The notes beneath the pieces were generated by a model. That model was not told the origin of the DNA and searched no databases. It saw only the letters and a list, made by a program, of their open reading frames with translations. This document shows positions 27,372 to 40,882 of a stretch of 64,000 nucleotides of DNA, piece by piece. The translations under genes and the position numbers were made by a program. The DNA is from Octopus vulgaris (taxonomy: Eukaryota), in NCBI GenBank assembly GCA_951406725.2, contig OX597835.1:48174001-48238000 (forward strand), in the 5' to 3' direction. Positions within the stretch are counted from its first letter, which is position 1. Each line of letters starts with the position of its first letter.

Positions 27372-27645
27372 AAAAAATACAAACTGGGACAAGAACGCAA
27401 AACATTTAGAAGACGATACAAAAAACACGGACGGGACATTCGAAGCCTTCAATCTTCAGTCAAGAACCGGATCATCCTCGCAATTTCGGCTGATTAATCT
27501 TGAGATTGCTCCAATCTGGCCAACCCCAAGGAAAATCTAATCTAAGCGCATTAGATTCCTTGGAAGAAAGCTTCGAATGTATACAAAACAAAGATGGAAA
27601 AACGGACGATGTTACACGAATAAGGATACAAAAATACGTAAAAAC
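27372..27645 (-). mobile_element. Family X, copy C (best preserved)
   Basis: GGGACAAGAACGCAAAACAT..TCAGTC..GCAATTTCGGCTG..ATTGCTC.AATCTGGCCA is shared with copy A. Several nested stems. Confidence 0.75.
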
Positions 27646-27778
27646 AATAATAATAATAATAATAATAATAATATATATATATACATACATGCATATACAT
27701 ACATACACACACACATACACACACACACACATACACACACACACACATATATATATATATGTGTGCGTGTGTGTGTGT

Positions 27779-27889
27779 TGGCCTGCTCGCTTAGCCAGTG
27801 GAGTGGCGTCATTCGAAGGCTAAAAGAATGTGAACGCATTGTTACCCGCGATGTGTAGCAACATCTGATGGTCTGGTCGGTCAAGTGAT
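27779..27889 (+). mobile_element. Solo copy of SINE tail 'd'
   Basis: GGCCTGCTCGCTTAGCCAG..GTGGCGTCATT..CGATGTGTAGCAACATCTGAT matches 37030-37140. Confidence 0.8.
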
Positions 27890-27905
27890 GTATATATATA
27901 TATAT

Positions 27906-28030
<125 letters not shown>

Positions 28031-28109
28031 TCGTTTTGAAACAAATCGTGTCTTGGGACGGTGAGTACGGTAATAATAACACACGCGCTGGTTCAATATT
28101 TTTTTATCA

Positions 28110-28318
28110 TTAGTCAATTCGTTAAATTTGTAGCCAATCAACTAATCGATCATTTGATTAATATGAGCGTTAAACAATGAATCGTTGTTTGTTAGTGAAA
28201 AAGGCCATGAACAGTGACGAGAGGACTTTGAATAACAAACAACTGATTGATTGTTTAACAGCTTATTAAACAAATGATCGATTAGTTAGGTGATCAGATA
28301 TTTAACCAATTGACCAAC
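28110..28318. repeat. Long imperfect hairpin (MITE-like or foldback)
   Basis: aactaatcgatcatttgattaata..gttaaacaat..gttgtttgtta pairs with taacaaacaac..attgtttaac..tattaaacaaatgatcgattagtt. Confidence 0.8.
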
Positions 28319-28608
28319 AATAGCGAAGCGACATTAAACCAGTGCGTGTGTTGCTATTAGTAGCGTCATGACCCTCCTTGGATTTAACACACACACGAAC
28401 ACACACACACATATTTATATATGTGTATAAACAAATAAACATACGTGTGCGTGCATATATGTATATATACACAATTATACTCAAATACTCTTATTCGTAC
28501 GCACGTATACATGCATATTATTGCTAACTAGCCATCGATCACTCTCCTTCTCTCTCTCTCTCCCTCTTCCTCTTTACACACACTCACACACACAAACACA
28601 CTCACACA

Positions 28609-28686
<78 letters not shown>

Positions 28687-28726
28687 CATATATTTAATAT
28701 ATATGTGAATTTGTGCACACGTATAA

Positions 28727-28794
<68 letters not shown>

Positions 28795-30491
28795 ACCTAT
28801 GTAAACACATACAACTATATATATGCATAGACATATCTCTATACTCACCTATGCATACATAAATTCATACACTACACGTACATATACATGCAAACTCTCT
28901 CACACACACACACATAAACATAGTCATACACCCACATATCCACACACCACAACTGAACAGTCAAAATAACCTATCCCCTGATGATCTGCCGAAAACTGGT
29001 TAGACTCATCGGTAACGACACCAGTTTGGCATGGTTCCAGGCCCCATCACTCTGAAAGTAGCCCCAAGACCCCTGGAGAATGGGGTTGGTAGGATATTGG
29101 AATGGGGTGGCAGTTGTGAGATGATGTTGTTACATTGGAACCAACTAAATTCTACCAAACATCAATTAGAGACATTTTCTGCAAGTCAGAATTTCTTTAA
29201 AGTGTGAGCGTGCGTGTGTATATGTATCCATGTGTGTGTATGCATGTGTGAATGAATGAGTGTATGTATGTGTGTGTGTATGTGTATGTGTGATTTGACT
29301 TGTGTTGTTCATATGCGCGTGTGTGCGTGTGCATGTATGTGTGTGTCCAAATGTTTATTTTTACGAATGTGTATATGTATGTGCCTGCACGTGTCTGTTC
29401 TTATGTGTTTATATGTGTGTGAGCGTTAATATGTGTGTGCATGCGTGTTTTTATGTGTTTTATGTCTATGAGTTCATGTGCGTATATATGTGTGTGTGTT
29501 TATGTGTGTATATATGCGAGTTTATAAGTGTGTATATGTGTGTGTTTATGTTCTGCAATGATGATGTTTCTGACTGTCTTTTGTGTGTTGCAGCTTTTAC
29601 GTCTTTGAGTGTATGTATGTATGTATATATGTGTGTATGTATGTATGTATGTATGTATGTATGTATGTATGTATGTATGTATGTATGTATGTATGTATGT
29701 ATGTATTATGTATGTATGTATGTATGTATGTATGTATGTATGTATGTATGTATGTATGTATGTATGAATGAATGTATGTATGTATGTATTCATGCATATA
29801 TGTGTGTATGTATGTATTATGTATGTATGTATGCATGCATGCATGCATTTGTGTATGTATTACGTATGTATGTATTATGTATGCATGTATGTATGTATGT
29901 ATGCATTTATGTATGTATGTATTAGGTATGTATGTATATATGTATGTATTATGTATGTATATATGTATGTATATATGTATGTATATATGTATTTATGTAT
30001 GTATGTATATATGTATGTATGTATGCATGCATGCATGTGTGTGTGTGCGTGTGTGTGCGTGCATGAGGTAGCAGGTGTGTGAGGGTGCGTTTCGTGCGTG
30101 CACGTGAGGGTAAGAACAGGTGTACCAATTACGATTTCGTTGATGAGCAAGTTTTACACATATATCTTCATCTTTATCTTTTTCTTGTTTCAGGCATTAG
30201 ATTGCGGTCATGCTGGAGCGCCGCTTTGAAGAATCTTTAGTTGAATGAATTGAGCCCAGCAGTTATTTTTTGGTAACCCCGATATTAATTCTATCGGACG
30301 CTACTGCCGAACTGCTACGCTCGTTACAGGGACGCAAACAATCCAGCAACGGTGATGGAGTACAAGCAGAAAGACAAGCACACACACACTCACACACACG
30401 CACGCGCGTAGTCAATTCAAATAAACAATTGACGGACAACAAGGGAACATGTTTAAGAAATGAATTAGCCTGACGCCTGGTGAAAAGAGGG

Positions 30492-30524
30492 TTTGATATT
30501 TCGAGCATAGATCTTCGTCGGAAA
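30492..30524 (-). ncRNA. Minimal hammerhead motif (CCGACGA core), same family as 54305-54339
   Basis: ttt-CCGACGA-agatctatgctc-GAAA-ta-TC-aaa. Confidence 0.55.
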
Positions 30525-30631
30525 GCAGAAAGGGAAAAGTCCAGAGAAGAATAAAAAACTCCAACAACACGTGTTTCTACACACACACACACAAACATAT
30601 GTAAATAGATATATGTGTGTGTGAATGTGTG

Positions 30632-30659
<28 letters not shown>

Positions 30660-30666
<7 letters not shown>

Positions 30667-31040
30667 TCAATGGCCCAGTGCTTAGGGCAGCAGACTCGCA
30701 GTCGTAGGATCGCAGTTTCGATTCCCAGACCGGTTGTTGTGAGTGTGTATTGTGCGAAAATACCTGCAGCTCCACGAAGCACTGGCAGGGGGTGGTGATG
30801 AACACTGCTGTGCTCTTTCACCACAGCTTTCCCTCACCCTTCCTTCCTGTTTCTGTTGTACCTGTATTTCAAAGGGCCAGCCTAGTCACACTCAGTGTCA
30901 CGCTGCATCTCCCCGGGAACTACGTTAAGGGTGCATGTGGCTGTGGAATGCTCAGCCATTTGCACGTTAATTTCACAAGCAGGCTGTTCCATTGATTGGA
31001 TCAACTGGAACCCTGGTCACCGTAACAGACGGAGTGCCAC
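30660..31040 (+). mobile_element. SINE S2 head with tail 'c'
   Basis: CAATGGCCCAGTG.TTAGGGCAGC.GACTCGC..GTTTCGATTCCCAGACC head. The tail is shared with 23125-23300. Confidence 0.85.
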
Positions 31041-31096
31041 GGCGAAGATATATATAAATACAGATATATGTATGGCCGTATACACACACACACACG

Positions 31097-31156
<60 letters not shown>

Positions 31157-31536
31157 AATATATATATATATATATATATAATATGACACAAGGATGGATG
31201 ATATCAGGTTTTTATAGTAGATCAAAACATTTGTTTCTGCACCGCACACCAGTTTTAAGTCGATGAGTCTATAATCATATATCATTAGACAAAATTATAA
31301 TTAGATAATAATTGGTACATGGTTGAATATTTCTCAGTAACAGCTGTGTGTATGTGCACTAATCAGATGAAAATAAGAAGAAGACCTGTTGGATTTTACT
31401 GAATTACCAGGTTTTACGATTTACTTGACTTCATATTATCAGATACCAGATGGGGGAAGAGGCGCCAAATAATACGAAATATTAACGTATACCAAATATA
31501 TAGGACTGCTGATATATTTACATACATACATTTATA

Positions 31537-31618
<82 letters not shown>

Positions 31619-32543
31619 TATAAATGCAAAAGTAGAAGAAGAAGAAGAAGAAGAAGAAGAAGAAGAAGAAGAAGAAGAAGAAGGAGAAGAAGGAGAAGAA
31701 GATGGAGAAGGAAGAGAAGAATGATGATGATGATGAAAAATATTATGATGATAATTATGATGATGATGGTGACGACGAAAGCGATGCTGATGGTAATAAT
31801 AACGATGAAGAGGAGGACATTTGGTGGTGGGGGCAGAGAAGGAGTAGGAGGAAAAGTAGTGATGATGATGATGATGATCTGCTGCTGCTGCTTCTGCATG
31901 ATATTGTGATCAATTTCGCTGCTGTTTCTAAACCTCAAATAAGCCCCGGCAAACCAGACCTAAATTGAAACCCTGCTTATATTCGAGTATAGCGGTAATA
32001 TATTCAGATATATTGAATCTAAAATGATAAGAACGAAAGCGAGGAGAGCATTAAAAAAAAAAATGAATAGATGAAGGAATATGTTGAAAGGAAGATAAAA
32101 ACAGGCAAAAGAAAATCATATAAAATGAGGTGGAGAAAGAAAAAGAAGAAAAAGATTGTGAAGAAAAAAAGAAATGGTGGAGAGAATGAAAAGTAGGAAA
32201 TGAGGATAAAGATGATGACAAAAGAATGGATATGGATACAACAGCAACACTAACCTTATGCTTATACAGCAGCTTTAATAACTGTAATAAGGATTAATAT
32301 TAACAATGTAAAAACAAAAACCCTGGGAATATGGTAAAAAACAAACTATTATATAAATGAAAAATGTAGAAAAATATAAATTAAGACAGCACGATGCTTC
32401 AATAAAAAGGAAACGTTTTAGAAAAAGACACAATTGTCAAATAATTATTGGTTATATAAAAAGCCAAATAATTACTTCCTCAAAGTCACAAACATAATCA
32501 CGCACACATTACGCATCCCTATCTCTCTCTCTCTCTCTCTCTC

Positions 32544-32602
<59 letters not shown>

Positions 32603-32808
32603 GAAGGGAACGACAATGGAAAAGAAGAAAAAAGGATAAAGCAGAAAGAGGAAGAGATCGGTGTGAACACAACACATGAATATTTCAAAAGAAAGTAAAT
32701 GCACAACTCGTTTCACAAGCTGGAATAAATTAATGGATTATGTTTGGAGGAATTATTAGATAATATAAGATCTGTGAAATCACGCTGTTGTTGTTGTTGT
32801 TGTTGTTA

Positions 32809-32861
<53 letters not shown>

Positions 32862-32868
32862 TTCATCA

Positions 32869-32935
<67 letters not shown>

Positions 32936-32951
32936 CTTCATCCTCATCAAA

Positions 32952-33310
32952 GCAGAATCGTTAGCACGCTGGACGAAATGCTTAACGGTATTTCGTCTGC
33001 CGTTACGTTCTGAGTTCAAATTTCGCCGAGGTCGACTTTGCCTTTCATCCTTTCGGAGTCGATTAAATAAGTACCAGTTACGAACTGGGGTCGATATAAT
33101 CAACTTAATCCGTTTGTCTGTCCTTGTTTGTCCCCTCTGTGTTTGACCTCTTGTGGGTAGTAAAGAAATAGGTATTTCGTCTGTCACTACGTTCTGAGTG
33201 GAAATTCCGCCGAGGTCAACTTTTCCTTTTACCCTATCGGGTCGATAAAATAAGTTCCAGTTAGGCACTGGGGTCGAGGTAATCGACTAAACCCCTCCCC
33301 GCAAAATTCC
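32952..33310 (+). mobile_element. SINE S3 with an L1/Tx1-like tail (33110-33170) followed by a second partial S3 body
   Basis: GGTATTTCGTCTG.C..TACGTTCTGAGT..AATT.CGCCGAGGTC occurs twice (~32987 and 33171), separated by TGTCCTTGTTTGTCCCCTCTGTGTT..TGTGGGTAGTAAAGAAATA. Confidence 0.8.
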
Positions 33311-33319
33311 AGTAAGAAC

Positions 33320-33365
<46 letters not shown>

Positions 33366-33517
33366 GTAAGGACAAGAAGAAATAGGAGGGGGCTGAGTAG
33401 AAAGAAGAAATTACTTAAAAAACGAAACGGAAAAGACTAAAACAAGAATCAATTTCATAAACAACATCTTAAGAATAATTCGCGAAAAACACCACCACCA
33501 ACAACAAAAGCAATAAC

Positions 33518-33552
<35 letters not shown>

Positions 33553-33571
33553 TAATAATAATAATAATAAC

Positions 33572-33603
<32 letters not shown>

Positions 33604-33883
33604 TAATAATAATAATTATAATGATAATAATAACAATAATAATAATAATATTAATAATGATAATAATAATAATAATGATAATAATAATATAAATAATAAT
33701 AATAATAATAATAATAATTTATAATAATAATAATTATAATAATAATAATAACAATAACAATAATAATAATAATAATAATTAATAATAATATTAATAATAA
33801 TAATAATTATAATAATAATAATAACAATAACAATAATAATAATAATAATATTAATAATAATATTAATAATAATAATAATAATG

Positions 33884-33916
<33 letters not shown>

Positions 33917-34124
33917 TAAATATGAATAATGATTCCGGAAATTGCCAGAGGAGCGACATTGAAGAGGAACATTACAACGATGAATTACAGAAGCGTCGTT
34001 GGGGTTTACATATCAATGACAATACGGATGATAACAATATGCGACTATTATTATTAATCTACTTTCTTCTTCTTCTTCTTCTTCTTCTTCTTCTTCTTCT
34101 TCTTCTTCCTATTATTATTATTAC

Positions 34125-34175
<51 letters not shown>

Positions 34176-34803
34176 CATCATCATCATCATTGTAATCATT
34201 ATTATTATTGGTATTGTTGTTGTTGTTGCTGTTGTCGCTGTTGTTCTTGTTGCTGCTCTTTTTTGCGACAAAATGAATACGAGCAGGAAAATTAAGATTT
34301 CTAAAAGTTTCCTCCCTCCTTCTCCTCCACTTCCTCTTCCTTCTCCTGCTCGTCTTTCCCTTCCTCCTTATCTTCATCATTATCATCATCATTGTCGTCG
34401 TTGTCGTCGTCGTCGATAACATCGACATCATTTTCACCAACATCACCACTGTCACCATCTTCATCATCCTCATCATTGTCATTCTTCTTCTCCTCCTCCT
34501 CCTCCTCATCATCATCATCATCATCCTCATCACCGAAGTCATTGTCGTCATCGTCGTAGTCTTCGTCCCCGCCTTCCTCATCATTCGAAACACTACCTCC
34601 ATCATTACACTCTTCCCGGGCAATGAAAAAATAAATATTCTTCTCCCCAGTGGTATTTTTTGTTCACACAATTAATTATTTATACATTTATGTGTTTTCA
34701 TACATTTATATATATGCACGCATACATCCATATATCTATATACAAATATACATACGCAGACATATATATATGTATATATATACACACATATATAAATATA
34801 TAC

Positions 34804-34836
<33 letters not shown>

Positions 34837-34871
34837 AACATATATATATATATATATAAACATATATATAA

Positions 34872-34902
<31 letters not shown>

Positions 34903-35020
34903 CATACATATCCACACACACAACTATGTATATACAGACATAAATATCCGTATACTTATATGCATACGTACACATACATGTATGCTATATCATAATATCA
35001 ATATTAATAACAACAACAAC

Positions 35021-35085
<65 letters not shown>

Positions 35086-35088
35086 GTA

Positions 35089-35139
<51 letters not shown>

Positions 35140-35148
35140 GTAATAGTA

Positions 35149-35193
<45 letters not shown>

Positions 35194-36154
35194 GTAATAA
35201 TAATAATAATAGTAATAGTAATAATAATAATAATAACAATATATCTTGTAAATATTTCCTCTTTCAAGTATGTTAGGTTCATTAATTTGTTTTTATGTAA
35301 ATTTAAAATTGCTGTACATTCGATTGGTCAATGTCATGGAGTTTCTTTTAATTGAAAAAATCCAACTTCGTGGATGCAAAACTCATCTTAAGAACATCTA
35401 GATGGATGTATTTGTGTCATTTGCCATCTGAATATCATAATAGAAAATACAAGCGGTATACGTTAGTTCCTTAGTATTCACATGTACGGAGAATGCATGC
35501 GCTGTTCACGATTACGTTACTATAATGTGGACATCATCGCTGTCTCATGATCTTAAGAGAGCTTTCTTACATGCCACTGTGACATCAGTGGTAATGTACA
35601 ACTTGAACGCTCAAACATCTAGTGACAACGTTTGGTGCTGGTTACACAATCATTTTACACGCGCCATCTGTACATAGATTTTCTTGTAATCTCTAATTCC
35701 TTTTAAGAGAGAGAGGGGGATGAGAGTGACAGACAGACAAAAACGAAAGAAAGAAAAAAAGAAAGAAAGAAAGAAAGAATGAAAGAAAGAAAGAAGAGAA
35801 AGATAGAAGTGAGTGAGACAGATGCACGCTTTGTGAGGGACATTGCCGGAAATCTACGCAATAATTTGTTACTGAAACGCATCTTTGGACCCCTTGACAA
35901 GGATATTCAAGACTTGGCCATCCAGCAAAGTCAATCGTCGACCAGATCCCAGTGATCATGATTAGAAGGTGGCATGTTCGAATTTGGACAAATCCGAACA
36001 ATAACGATCAAGTGACGCAGGATTTATGTACAATAATTTACACCCTCTCCTAGGTAGGAAGAATTAACCAATAATTCGGTACGTTATTTGATTTTGTCTT
36101 GTATTCTAACCAGTTTTGTTCAGACAAAAATTACTCCTAACTAAAGCTAAATAA

Positions 36155-36345
36155 AGTTCCAAATCTTGACACAAGGCCAGCAGTTATTCGGGAGAAGGGA
36201 ACCAGTCAGTTATAGCGGTCCCAAGTGTACAACTGGTACTTACTTTATTGACCGAGGGAGGGTGAAAGGTAGAGTAGACCTCGGCGGAATTTGAACTCAG
36301 TATTTTGAACGGAATGCTAAGAACTTTGCCAGCTTGCTGACCTTA
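36155..36345 (-). mobile_element. SINE S3 (decayed)
   Basis: ACACAAGGCCAGC..AACTGGTACTT..GACCTCGGCGGAATTTGAACTCAG. Confidence 0.75.
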
Positions 36346-36764
36346 CTCAAGCTAACCAATGAGAGCAATTTAGATTTAGATATATTAATAGCCGCTGATG
36401 ATTAAAGCTGGCTCCCACATCGACAAGAATCCAAACGTCTTGGCAAAGAAAACAATGGACTGTATCAGCGTCAACACATGAGAGGTACTTTATGTTATAT
36501 ATTCCAGAATGGTAGAAAACTAAGTGGAGCGTAGCGAAAATTCGAAACCAAAAGATATTCTCAATGAACGACCGGAAGACATTGTGCTCGATTAGGATGA
36601 TTAATATGATTTATATTGACCATTTATTTTGACCAGGAATTTTGAGAGAGGTGCGGTTGATTACATCGACGCCAGTGCTAAAGAAGCAGTTTTATATTAT
36701 ATATATATATGTGTGTGTGTGGGGGGGGTTTGTGTGTGTGTAAGCATATGAGTGCATGAGTGTT

Positions 36765-36837
<73 letters not shown>

Positions 36838-36838
<1 letters not shown>

Positions 36839-37142
36839 TGGAGGCGCAATGGCCCAGAGGTTAGGGCAGCGGACTCGCAGTCGTAGGATCGCGGTTTCGA
36901 ATCCCAGACCGGGCGTTGTGAGTGTTTATTGAGCGAAAACGCCTAAAGCTCCACGATGCTCCAGCAGGGGTGTGTGGTGATCCCTGCTGTACTCTTCCGC
37001 CACAACTTTCTCTCACTCTTTCTTCTGTAGGCCTGCTCGCTTAGCCAGCGGGGTGGCGTCATTTGAAAGGCTAAAACAATGCGAAGCGCATTGTGACCAG
37101 CGATGTGTAGCAACATCTGATAGCCTGATCGGTCACCATGAT
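36838..37142 (+). mobile_element. SINE S2 head with tail 'd'
   Basis: GTGGAGGCGCAATGGCCCAG.GGTTAGGGCAGCGGACTCGC..GTTTCGAATCCCAGACCGGGCG head, followed by tail d. Confidence 0.88.
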
Positions 37143-37370
37143 ATATATACATACAAACAAATATACATACAAACAGACATGATATACACATCTCTCGCTC
37201 AGTCTGTTTAACTTACTGTCTATTTACCTCTCTTTATATGTGTGTGTGTATGCATATACACACATATAATATATATATATATGTGTGTATGCGTATATGT
37301 GCATGTGCGTGTATAAGTACGTGCGTTTCCATATACCAATATAAATGCTCACACTAAGAACAGAACATTA

Positions 37371-37470
37371 NNNNNNNNNNNNNNNNNNNNNNNNNNNNNN
37401 NNNNNNNNNNNNNNNNNNNNNNNNNNNNNNNNNNNNNNNNNNNNNNNNNNNNNNNNNNNNNNNNNNNNNN
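37371..37470. other. Assembly gap (100 N)
   Basis: Run of N. The true size is unknown. Confidence 1.
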
Positions 37471-37699
37471 AGATAGATAGGTAGATAGATAGATAGATAG
37501 ATAGATATAGATAGGTAGATAGATAGATAGATAGATAGATAGATGGATAGATAGATAGATAAGAGGTTTGTACTAGGAGTAATTTAGTGTAGGGAAATTA
37601 GAGGGTTAATATTAAGCAGGCTCTTGGACTGCTTAATATTTCTCCAACCCAAATCAGTTCATTTCTCCAATTGTGATTAAGTGGAATCCTCTTTTCGCA

Positions 37700-39900
37700 T
37701 CAATGTAGCATTAATCAGACCAATTATACAACATAGAATTCCGTTAACACGATCATGACTGAATAACTACACTATAGAAGAAAATAGCACTACAGGACCA
37801 GTAAGCTACCTAACAAGACATAACTACTCCCCTCATTTTACTTGGACTCTGCATCTAAACCAAGATCTTCGATTCTATGAATAAGTCCGTGAAGACCCTT
37901 CTGTCAGATTTATAAAGGGGTTAAAATAAATTGGGACGAAGCTCGCCCCAGCTTAAGTACATGTACTTTGAAAGAGCATCGGCAAGAAACGTCTTTAAAA
38001 ACAAAAATTGCTCGCTCTCGTGATTTAAATTGATTTTCTCAAAACACTGAGAATTGGCCAAAAGCTGCCAGAAGAGAGATCGAAACGAATGCAAACAAAC
38101 GGCAGTCGCCATCACTAAACTCCCGTGTCTCTCCGTCGTATATAGCCGAGTCAACAGAGATAACTGGAATATATTCAATTTAGAAAAAACTTGGAACCAT
38201 ATTTCGGTAGAAAACTCTACTACTTTTTCGAAACGGGCAATTCTTAACAAAAAAAAAATTCTTTAAAAAAAAGACAAAAAAACAATCAGCTCTAATTTTG
38301 AAAGATACAAAAGTTGTTGGTGGAGAACACCTGGAATCATATGTGGTTAATTACCAGAATATTAATACAGTTATGCATACAGCTGCTGTCATTCCTAAAG
38401 TAAACCTAGGAGAAATCTTCAGTATACATGATAAAGAAACTACTAAACGGAAGCAAGCTAAATGGAAAACAAAAGTTGAAAATATCAACAACGTGGGCCA
38501 CTATATTGGATGGTTAACCACGATAATGAAATGTAAGAGAAATAATGAGTTTTTGCCACATAAATTACATCTTATGAATAAATTAACAAAACTTTATGGT
38601 GTCTATTCACACAGAAAGCTCTTGAATGAAGCTTGATTATTCACGGACTCAGGACGCTGAGCGAAAATCTTCACTGTCGCAGGAGAACGTTTGAAAGAAC
38701 CTGTAAATTATAAAGTTTACTTCTAACCCACAAATATTATAGAGAATTGAGGAAGAGTAATATTACCATTAAAAGTAGCACTCCCAAGATCTTGTATAGT
38801 TCTGGTCGAAAATCAGGAATTAATAGAGGGATTTTAACCGTGATGTATCGTGGCTAAATGCAATAAAGAGAGAATATTGTACCAACATCAATAGTAAACT
38901 ATATGTATTTGATCCAGAAACTTTCACCACAGTTGTAGGCAAACCGCATAAGTTTAGATCCAGAAGTGATCTAATAGCATGATACTGATACCATACAGAA
39001 AACCTCTAATGTGTGTATTCAAAGAGTGTTTTGGAACTTCAGATTGATATACGAAATTGGCTTGCTATTGGCTGGAAGAATGTTGTAGCCAAGAATAAAA
39101 CCACCGAGTTGGCAGAAAATTCTAGACCCGGAAACAGTACACAAGCGGCCTCAACTAATTCCCCCAGGATCAACACGAGTCCAACGTATGTTGAGCGGGC
39201 AGGTGGAAAGGGGTGAGTTTAGGGATGTACCGAAATATTCTTACCGTAATTATGTACATTTTGGTATTAAATCCATTGTCATTCCATTCAATCCATTATC
39301 ATTCCTGCTACAAAAATCGAAGGACCACATGCGAGGGTTTGCAACTACGAGAAACATTAATGTATTGCTGCAAGGGACATTAATGTAACCCTTTTTTCTT
39401 TTTTTTTTTTTGTAGATAACGTCAAGTTTTATGTTAAAATTGTCAACAATGCCAAAAACAGCAGAAATGAATAACATTTTAAACTGAGAAGAATGGAATT
39501 AAGAAACGTTCACATTTTATTGTTGAACGGCAAAAACCAGTCCTCTAGGCCCAGAACCTGAGCATCAATTGTCTCACTATCTCTACTCTCCCACAGAAAG
39601 AATGCTACAGTTCCGTAAGCATTGATGAGAACATATACAAAGGTAATATGAATAAAGATAGAGTGACCGGAGAATATTACGCCAGACTTAGAAAAATATG
39701 GCAGTCGTAACTCTTCTATTACAATAAGACAATATCCCACAATGCATTTCTACTAACAGTGCTGATTAGTGAGATTCCAACGATGGATCTTTGGATCTTT
39801 GTTAGAAACCAGTTACTTTATCAGAAGAAGAATTTAACGAATTAAAACCAGAAGTGAGCATTCAGGCATAAAAATATGCAAGACTTTTTTCAAGTTCCAG
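37700..39900 (+). mobile_element. Heavily decayed R4/Dong-like RLE LINE, N-terminal and RT regions with internal deletion
   Basis: KQAKWKTKVENINNVGHYIGWLTT..KLYG; WLAIGWKNVVAKNKTTELAENSRP (a WL..G.T..I.K..NYRP remnant); IDENIYKGNMNKDRVTGEYYARLRKIWQS. Many stops and frameshifts. Confidence 0.65.
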
Positions 39901-40308
39901 ATATGAATTTGTCTGTGTTAACTACATCCCAAGAGATGGAGCCTTGTATCTTTGTTGGAAACCGACTCCCACCTCAGAGGAAGATTTATAATAATTAAAA
40001 AATAGAAGAGACACACATATATAAATACATACATATATAGATATATACACACACGCATACAAACATAAATGCATAATACTCTCACACACACATACATATG
40101 TATCTCTATGTGTCTTTCTGTTCGTCCCCTCACCCCTATCTTGACAACCTCTGTTGGTTTATTTACGTCTTCGTATCACAGCGGCAGCTCAAAGTGACCA
40201 ATAGAAAAATTACTAGGATTAAAAGTAACTTAAGTGCTACCGACCGCCTTGGTCGACGAAACCCATCTCGGCTGTAGCCAGCATGGTCTCACTTGAATGT
40301 TTGAAGCA

Positions 40309-40720
40309 ATGTGGCTGTGTGGTAAGTAGCTTGCTAACCATCCACATGGTTCCAGGTTCAGTCCCACTGCGTGGCATCTTGGGTAAGTGTCTTCTGCTAT
40401 AGCCCCGGGCCGACCAATGCCTTGTGAGTGGATTTGGTACATGGAAACTGAAAGAAGCCTGTCGTATATATGTATATATATATATATGTATGTGTGTGCA
40501 TGTTTGTGTGTCTGTGTTTGTCCCCCTAGCATTGCTTGACAACCGATGCTGGTGTGTTTACGTCCCCGTCACTTAGCGGTTCGGCAAAAAGAGACCGATA
40601 GAATAAGTACTGGGCTTACAAAGAATAAGTCCCGGGGTCGATTTGCTCGACTAAAAGGCGGTGCTCCAGCATGGCCGCAGTCAAATGACTGAAACAAGTA
40701 AAAGAAAGAAAAAAAGAAAG
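40309..40720 (+). mobile_element. SINE S1, full-length reference copy
   Basis: TGGCTGTGTGG (A-box-like), GGTTCAGTCC (B-box-like), CTTGGGTAAGT motif, internal (TA)n(TG)n, LINE-like tail GGCGGTGCTCCAGCATGGCCGCAGTCAAATGACTGAAACAAG and A-rich end. Confidence 0.93.
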
Positions 40721-40787
40721 TATATATATATATAACAGAACACACGCACGCACGCACACACATATATATGTGTATGTTTATGTGCAT

Positions 40788-40812
40788 ATACATACATACA
40801 TACATACATACA

Positions 40813-40846
<34 letters not shown>

Positions 40847-40848
40847 CA

Positions 40849-40882
<34 letters not shown>

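Noticed and set aside
28975-29030. CTGATGA..GAAA hammerhead-like string
   Set aside because: Stems I and II do not form. A simple hairpin (aaactggt/accagttt) explains it.
31259-31303. Hammerhead remnant TCGATGA-gtcta..tagac-AAAA-ttataa
   Set aside because: Both core strands are mutated. It is a probable fossil and was not called. The weak motifs at ~51525-51585 and ~46790-46845 were treated the same way.
35821-35955. Protein-like frame DARFVRDIAGNLRNNLLLKRIFGPLDKDIQDLAIQQ
   Set aside because: The upstream sequence is purine-rich with no acceptor tract, and I recognise no homologue. Left unresolved.
36838-36915. tRNA gene
   Set aside because: The A/B boxes belong to a SINE head that continues into a SINE body. 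There is no proper acceptor stem.
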